Source: Candidatus Hydrogenedentota bacterium (lineage in GTDB: Bacteria > Hydrogenedentota > Hydrogenedentia > Hydrogenedentales > SLHB01). From it: a DNA stretch of 64,000 bases. The notes under the pieces are model-generated. The model was given only the letters and a program-made list of their open reading frames with translations, did not search any database and had not been told where the DNA came from. Every line of letters begins with the position of its first letter. The first letter of the stretch is position 1. Shown in pieces: positions 58,049 through 64,000 of this stretch. The stretch spans positions 672,001 through 736,000 of the forward strand of contig CAXXYE010000004.1 in the NCBI GenBank assembly GCA_963674865.2, read 5' to 3'. The position numbers and the translations under genes are program-made.

Positions 58049-59554
58049 ATGAATCAATCCTGGATAGCATTTCATGACGTTCGGTTTGCCTACGACACAG
58101 CGAGCCGTCCCCTCGTCGAAAACTTGACCTTTCATCTTCCCGTCGGCTGGAGCGGCATCGTCGGCGCCAACGGCGTCGGCAAAACCACCATCCTACGCCT
58201 GGCCACCGGAGGACTCACCCCCCAGCAAGGCCACGTGGCCATCCCGGGACGCGCCATCTACTGCCCCCAGCGGACCGACGACCCGCCGACGAAACTCGAG
58301 GACCTCATCCGGGCCGCCGACGCGGACGCTTACGCCCTCAAGGGCCGCCTCGGCGTCGAGGAAGACTGGTACGCCCGTTGGACCACCCTGAGTCACGGCG
58401 AGCGCAAACGCGCCCAAATCGCCGTGGCCTTATGGAAACGCCCTGAGGTTCTGGCGCTGGACGAGCCCACCAATCACATCGACACGGCCGCCCGCGAGGC
58501 CCTCGCGGCGGCACTCAAGACCTTCCCGGGCGCGGGCCTTCTCGTCAGCCACGACCGCGAACTGCTCGACACCTTGTGCGGCCAGTGCCTGTTCGTCGAC
58601 CCGCCAAGCGCCGTCATGCGTCCCGGCAACTACACGGCCGGCGCCCTTCAGGCCCAACGCTGGGAAACGCACAGGCAGCGAGAGCGCAAGACCGCTAAGA
58701 CCGCGTATCTCAAGCTTGAGCGCGAAGCGGCCAGACGGCGCGAAGAAGCCGCCCGCGCGAGCCGAAGGCACTCCAAGAGAGGCCTGCACCCGAAAGATCA
58801 CGATGCGCGCGCAAAGAAGGACCTCGCCCGCGTCACAGGCAAAGACGCACAGGCCGGCCGCCTCCTGAGTCAGCTCACGGGCCGCGTGCGGCAGGCGGAG
58901 CAGCGTCTCCGCCTCACCAGAGTGGCGAAACATCACAAACTCGGCATCTGGCTGCCTGACGCGCGCTCACATCGTGACTGCCTTTTCCGGCTGCCGGCCG
59001 GCGACATTCCCCTCGGCGCATCGCGTCGCCTCGCTTTTCCCGACCTGATGATGCCCCCTGATGGACGCGTCGCCCTTACCGGCCCTAACGGCTCAGGAAA
59101 GAGCACACTCCTCGCCCACATCCTCACACGACTCAACGTCCCCAATGACAGGTTCGTCTATCTCCCGCAGGAGATCGATGCCGCCTCATCCCGCCGTATC
59201 CTGGAGGACGTGCGCCGGCTCCCCAGGGAGGATCTGGCGCGCGCCATGACCGTCGTGAGCCGGCTCAACTCGCGGCCGGATCGGCTGCTCGAAAGCAATG
59301 ATCCCAGCCCGGGGGAGACGCGCAAACTCCTTCTGGCCCTCGGCATCGCCAAAGGGCCGCACCTCATTATCATGGACGAGCCCACCAACCATCTCGACCT
59401 GCCCTCCATCCTTTGCCTCGAACAGGCCCTCGACGACTGCCCCTGCGGCTTGCTTCTCGTCAGCCACGACAGACGCTTCCTCACCCGGCTGACGCGTATG
59501 ACATGGCGCATCGACCCCAGAGAAAAAGGCTCTGCCCTGAGCATCCAGCATTGA
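58049..59554 (+). CDS. ABC-F family ATPase
   Basis: Two NBDs (GANGVGKT, LSHGE, LDEPTNH; GPNGSGKS, SPGE, MDEPTNHLD), charged linker, no TM. Confidence 0.9.
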   Translation: MNQSWIAFHDVRFAYDTASRPLVENLTFHLPVGWSGIVGANGVGKTTILRLATGGLTPQQGHVAIPGRAIYCPQRTDDPPTKLEDLIRAADADAYALKGRLGVEEDWYARWTTLSHGERKRAQIAVALWKRPEVLALDEPTNHIDTAAREALAAALKTFPGAGLLVSHDRELLDTLCGQCLFVDPPSAVMRPGNYTAGALQAQRWETHRQRERKTAKTAYLKLEREAARRREEAARASRRHSKRGLHPKDHDARAKKDLARVTGKDAQAGRLLSQLTGRVRQAEQRLRLTRVAKHHKLGIWLPDARSHRDCLFRLPAGDIPLGASRRLAFPDLMMPPDGRVALTGPNGSGKSTLLAHILTRLNVPNDRFVYLPQEIDAASSRRILEDVRRLPREDLARAMTVVSRLNSRPDRLLESNDPSPGETRKLLLALGIAKGPHLIIMDEPTNHLDLPSILCLEQALDDCPCGLLLVSHDRRFLTRLTRMTWRIDPREKGSALSIQH

Positions 59555-59687
59555 AAGGTAACTCCCCGATTGAAGACATGGCATGCTTATTGTCAAACCG
59601 TCAAGCCTAACCATTCTCGCGTCGGCGCCGTTACTTAGGTAAGAAAAGAGACACTGACAACGGCGGAATCTTAGAGAAAGGCCCGAC

Positions 59688-62600
59688 ATGCAAAACGAAG
59701 CCCTCTGGCATCAATGGCATAGCCGCGGTGACTCGGCAGCCTTCCGTGAACTCACGCTCAAGTACGGGCGCATCGTTTACGCCGCGGCCCTGCGCGTCGT
59801 GGGCAATGCTCCCGACGCCGAAGATGTCACGCAGGAGTGCTTCGAGAAACTCGCTCAGACGAAACGTGCCCCTGCCGCCTATCTGGGCGCTTGGCTTCAC
59901 CGAATGGCCGTCAACAAGGCGCTCGACCGCCTGAGAAGCGACACGCGGCGGCAACGGCGCGAAGCCTGTTATCAGCAAGCACAGGCTTCAGAGACGGACA
60001 CGGACTGGCAAGAGATCTATCCGCTGGTGGACATGGCTATAGACGAGCTGCCGGACAAGGTACGCCAGGCTGTAGTCGCTCATTACCTCCAGGGCCTGAC
60101 TCACGATGACATAGCCGAACAGGAAAACGTATCGCGTTCGGCAGTCACACAACGTATCCGGCGCGGACTCGAGCAAATCCGCCGTTCCCTACGGCAAAAG
60201 GGCGTCGGCGTTCCGCTGGCCATTCTGACGGCGGCGCTCACCGAGCGCTTTGCAGACGCCGCCCCAATGCCCGCTGCCCTTGTCGAAAAGCTCGGGCGGC
60301 TGGCACTGTCGGGGGCTGCTATGCCCGCCGCAAGCGGCGTGGTGAGCATGACGCTCCTCTACAAGGCCCTAACGGCCATCCTGGCAACGTGCGTGGTTGC
60401 GACGGGAGGCGTCGTCGTGTACCACCGCTTTTCCCCGAGCCATATAGAGGCTCGCCGTGAGGCCCTCAGCAAGGCAATCTCCGCTCAGCCTCTGGACACC
60501 GCCTCACCGGCCCAGAGCGCACCCGACAGCGTAGACAACGGCGTGAGCACACACCAGGCAGCGCCGGAGGACACTGCGGCCGTGTCCGGAAAGGTGGTCG
60601 ACGCGGGAACGGGGGAGGGCATCGCGGGCGCGCAATTGCGCGTTGCCTCGGCCAGTGACGCCCACACCATCACGAGCGATGAGCACGGCGCCTTCGAGGT
60701 AGGCTCACTGCCACCCGGCTTCTACGCCGTCTGCTGCCGACAGGCTAACGGCTACTACATCCCCTGGGAAAAAGCCGAGGACGGGCAGCGCAACAAACTG
60801 GTGCGAATGCTTCATCTTGCCAAGGGCGAACAGAGAGAGGGCATTGACTTCGCCCTGACGCGCGGCGAGGAGTGCCGCGCGCGCGTGGTCGATTCGGACG
60901 GCCAACCGGTGGCCGGTGCCAAAGTGACGGGAAGTGCGGAAATCCGCCAGTTCCCGCATATCAACACGGCCAGGAGTCAGGATGATGGAACCGTTTCTCT
61001 TTCCGGTTTTCCGTCCACGGCGAGCTTGTTCTTATGGGCGGAAGGCGACGGCCTCGTAAGCAAGATCCACGGCCCCTTCGCACTGCCTCAGGCCGGCGAA
61101 GGTCCCGACCTCCTACTCCATCCCGAGGCGATCGTCCGGGGGGTGGTGGAGGATGAGCAGGGCCGGCCCCTCCCGGGACTCCGCGTCCTGCCTCAGTTTG
61201 AGTTGCACGAGGCCGGCCGCGTGAAAGAGGCCATAAGCGACGCCGCGGGCCGGTTCCAACTAACCGGCATGCCGCCGGAAGAGGTGGTCTTGCGCGTCTG
61301 CCGCGAAAACGAAATCGTCAACGCCCCATGTCCACGCGTCCCCCTCTCCGCAGGGAAGATTGTCGAGGACATGGTGTTGACCTGCCTGGTGGGAGACCTC
61401 TCCATCACGGGACACGTGGTCGATGCCCGAGGAAAGCCGCTATCCTCGGCAAGAGTAGTCGCCGTTGGCATCGAAAGACGGACCCATAGGGAAGCAGAGA
61501 CCGATAGAGACGGCAACTTCACGCTCACAGCTCTGCGACGCGGCCTGTATCGCGTAACCGCCGAATGCGACGGCCACGTCGACTCGGCCCCGGCGGAGGT
61601 AACCGCAGGAGCCCGCGGCCTAAGACTGGTGCTCGCCGACCCATTTCAGGTGTCGGGCCGCGTCATCGACGGCGGCACGCAGAGGCCCATCCGCAAGTAC
61701 GAGCTCAAGTACTGCTACTGCCCTGAGTTCATGCTTCTCGGTCAGCGCTACAAAAAGGTAGTGGATTCGGGCGGGTCGTTCAGCCTACCCGTGGCGCAGC
61801 GTGGCCGCGTCCGCATCGCCGCACGTGCCAAAGGCTACCTGCTCGGTTACGCCGATGTGGACCTGGACGATTCAGCCACTGCCCTTCGGAACGTCGTGAT
61901 CCGCCTTCAACCCCAGGAAGACCTTCGCGGCAGCGTACACGACCAACAAGGCAATCCCATCGCCGGCGCGCTCCTCTTCTCCGGACAGGCCCACGAGCAG
62001 GACGCCGACACGCACGCGGCGGCACGAACCAAGCGCAGCGGCCGGTTCACCCTCCCGGCCATGAAGCTTGGCCACAAGTTCATCTCGATCTACCACCCGG
62101 ACTATCCCAGGGCGATAGTGCCGCTGGAGACCAAGCACTACCAGGGCGAACCTATCGACGCCGTAGTCTATGTGGGCACCTCGTTGAGGTGCACCTGCCT
62201 GCTTGACGGCGCGCCCTGTGCCGACGCCGCCGTCACCGCTAATCAGGCGGCCGGAATAGGCGCCACGGAACGCACGGGTGACGACGGAACCTGCACGCTC
62301 AAGAACCTGGTGCCGGCCTACTGCTTCCTAACCGCGTCCTTTCCGCTACATGGCGATGCCGACGCGAAGGCACGAGTGGAGCGGTATATCACGCTCGAAC
62401 CGGCACAGACGACTGATCTCGTCTTAGAGTGCGCCACGGGAGACGCGGTGATCTGGGGCGCCCTTGCTGGAATGCCTGAGGACCCGTTCCAACAACTCCG
62501 CCTCGAGACGCCCCACGGCCCGCAGAAGTACTTCTATTTCCCCGGGCAGAGTCCTGCCCAGTCCGAATACATGTTCACGGACCTGCCTCCGGGCGAGGCG

Positions 62601-63026
62601 ACTCTCAGAGTATCCTGGAGACCTCAAGGTGATGAGGGACTCCCTCTATCGCGGCGGTATACATTCACCGTCACACCCGGCCAAGTGATTCGTCAAGACA
62701 TTGTCCCCACGACCGGCGCGTCCATCTGGGGAACAGTGACCGGCCTGCACGAGGGAGAACGCGGATTCATCACGGTGCTCTTCGGACGCTTCAGCGTGGA
62801 GAACTACATCGACCGCAACTACGACGCCATGGACCACTGTGCCATCGTCCCCGCAACGCCCTCCGATGGCACGTTCCACGTCGATGACCTTCAGCTCGGC
62901 GCCTATACCGTACTTGCCGAGGCGGCACCGGCAGCGCCGGACCCCGATGCTGCGCCCCGGCGCTGTCTCGCCGTGGTCGAACTGGGAAATGAAGGGGCCG
63001 AATTGCACCTTCAGTTGCCCGAATAG
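59688..63026 (+). CDS. ECF sigma factor fused to TM helix and multiple carboxypeptidase-regulatory-like domains
   Basis: DAEDVTQECF..LGAWLHR, HYLQGLTHDDIA; TM at about aa 222-244; repeated G.VVD..G.P..GA and TD.DG.F motifs. Confidence 0.88.
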   Translation: MQNEALWHQWHSRGDSAAFRELTLKYGRIVYAAALRVVGNAPDAEDVTQECFEKLAQTKRAPAAYLGAWLHRMAVNKALDRLRSDTRRQRREACYQQAQASETDTDWQEIYPLVDMAIDELPDKVRQAVVAHYLQGLTHDDIAEQENVSRSAVTQRIRRGLEQIRRSLRQKGVGVPLAILTAALTERFADAAPMPAALVEKLGRLALSGAAMPAASGVVSMTLLYKALTAILATCVVATGGVVVYHRFSPSHIEARREALSKAISAQPLDTASPAQSAPDSVDNGVSTHQAAPEDTAAVSGKVVDAGTGEGIAGAQLRVASASDAHTITSDEHGAFEVGSLPPGFYAVCCRQANGYYIPWEKAEDGQRNKLVRMLHLAKGEQREGIDFALTRGEECRARVVDSDGQPVAGAKVTGSAEIRQFPHINTARSQDDGTVSLSGFPSTASLFLWAEGDGLVSKIHGPFALPQAGEGPDLLLHPEAIVRGVVEDEQGRPLPGLRVLPQFELHEAGRVKEAISDAAGRFQLTGMPPEEVVLRVCRENEIVNAPCPRVPLSAGKIVEDMVLTCLVGDLSITGHVVDARGKPLSSARVVAVGIERRTHREAETDRDGNFTLTALRRGLYRVTAECDGHVDSAPAEVTAGARGLRLVLADPFQVSGRVIDGGTQRPIRKYELKYCYCPEFMLLGQRYKKVVDSGGSFSLPVAQRGRVRIAARAKGYLLGYADVDLDDSATALRNVVIRLQPQEDLRGSVHDQQGNPIAGALLFSGQAHEQDADTHAAARTKRSGRFTLPAMKLGHKFISIYHPDYPRAIVPLETKHYQGEPIDAVVYVGTSLRCTCLLDGAPCADAAVTANQAAGIGATERTGDDGTCTLKNLVPAYCFLTASFPLHGDADAKARVERYITLEPAQTTDLVLECATGDAVIWGALAGMPEDPFQQLRLETPHGPQKYFYFPGQSPAQSEYMFTDLPPGEATLRVSWRPQGDEGLPLSRRYTFTVTPGQVIRQDIVPTTGASIWGTVTGLHEGERGFITVLFGRFSVENYIDRNYDAMDHCAIVPATPSDGTFHVDDLQLGAYTVLAEAAPAAPDPDAAPRRCLAVVELGNEGAELHLQLPE

Positions 63027-63179
63027 CGAGCGGACGCTGCGCTTGCGTTCGACCTAAACTGCCAATTCACAGTATCTTATAACTTATCCGTGCGCCGTTC
63101 CGGATGAAACGCTTGCGCGTTTGGCCTTGTTCCGGTATCGTAGCCAACAAGACAACAGGCGGACATGGGGGACGGGCGC

Positions 63180-64000
63180 ATGCGACCAGCCAAACTCAGC
63201 GCGAATGTGTTCCTCGAACTACCTCCCGTTCTCACCCACTACGTCGAGAATGTCCGCAATCTATGGATAGAAGGCAATCCCAAGCAGGGCAAACTATCCC
63301 TGCTCAATCGGCAAGGCGTCTTCAGCGACATTGAGTCGCTCGCCGTGGCCCGGCGCCAACTCATCGAGGTGCTGGGACTTGAGCGCGCCCGGGCGCTCTG
63401 CTATCGCATCGGATTCGAGCAAGGCCGGCGCGACGCCGCGCGCCACCTCCGCGTGTTCGGCCAGAATGCGCGCCTGACCCTCCAGGGAGGGCCGGTATTC
63501 CGCCAACTCCAAGGCCGCGGCATCGCCACCTCCGTGAAATTCGAGTTTGACCTCGACGCTCGAACACTCTACCGCGAACTGACCCTCCGCGACAGCACCG
63601 AAGCAATGGCACACCGCGTAGCCGTCCAGGCCAACGAGGATTGCGCCTGCTGGACGACGGCCGGATACCTTTCGGGCCACGTCAGTGAGATTCTGGGACG
63701 TCGCGTCGTCACTTTGGAGACATCCTGCGGCGCTCGCGGCGACGAGTTGTGCCGCTTTGTAAGCCGTTTCGACCCGGAATGGGGGAACGAGGTCCACTGG
63801 GTGCGCAAGGCCCTGGACATGCCGAGCGTCGATTCCGAATTGGCTGAGCGGGAGGCCGTGGCGGCGAAGGCGCAGACCATGGCACGGCGCGCCCAAGGCC
63901 GCCTAAATGACCTCAATCGCCGGCTCCGGTCCGACCTGATCGCCGCGAGTGTCGTCGCCGATTCGCCCGTGATGGAGCCCGTCATGGCCCTTGTTCGCCG
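63180..64000 (+). CDS. XylR_N/V4R sigma54-dependent activator, 3'-truncated
   Basis: My translation from 63180: RRQLIEVLGLERARALCYRIGFEQG, CWTTAGYLSG, ETSC..RGDELCRF, ending in VVADSPVM at the AAA entry; absent from the ORF track because there is no stop. Confidence 0.85.
   Translation, partial: MRPAKLSANVFLELPPVLTHYVENVRNLWIEGNPKQGKLSLLNRQGVFSDIESLAVARRQLIEVLGLERARALCYRIGFEQGRRDAARHLRVFGQNARLTLQGGPVFRQLQGRGIATSVKFEFDLDARTLYRELTLRDSTEAMAHRVAVQANEDCACWTTAGYLSGHVSEILGRRVVTLETSCGARGDELCRFVSRFDPEWGNEVHWVRKALDMPSVDSELAEREAVAAKAQTMARRAQGRLNDLNRRLRSDLIAASVVADSPVMEPVMALVR

Overview
GC-rich diderm bacterial chromosome segment (lpxK, secretin, membrane-anchored ECF sigma factor and many carbohydrate enzymes suggest a Hydrogenedentota/PVC-like lineage; this is inference). 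It carries an ECF sigma/anti-sigma pair, a type II secretion-like operon (gspEFGHIJK, L, M, C-like, D), carbohydrate and hydrolase genes, a tRNA-Leu, a block of small co-oriented accessory genes, gltX-ROK kinase-pfkB, a HepT/MntA toxin-antitoxin pair, lpxK-dprA, two CgeB-like glycosyltransferases, tex, a TMTC-like protein, an ABC-F ATPase, a 1112-aa ECF fusion and a truncated XylR/V4R sigma54 activator. The most unusual signals are: (1) a secretin with a C-terminal ExbD/TolR-like domain; (2) a tRNA-Leu with the rare AAG anticodon; (3) a family of structured intergenic repeats (GGGACTG..AAGCG..AGAC..GTCCC) with compensatory changes, all in one orientation, which forms a 7x92-bp tandem array and is nested with a MITE; (4) hydrolases with non-canonical catalytic residues; (5) apparently leaderless genes. 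All protein calls are by motif recognition only; no searches were run.
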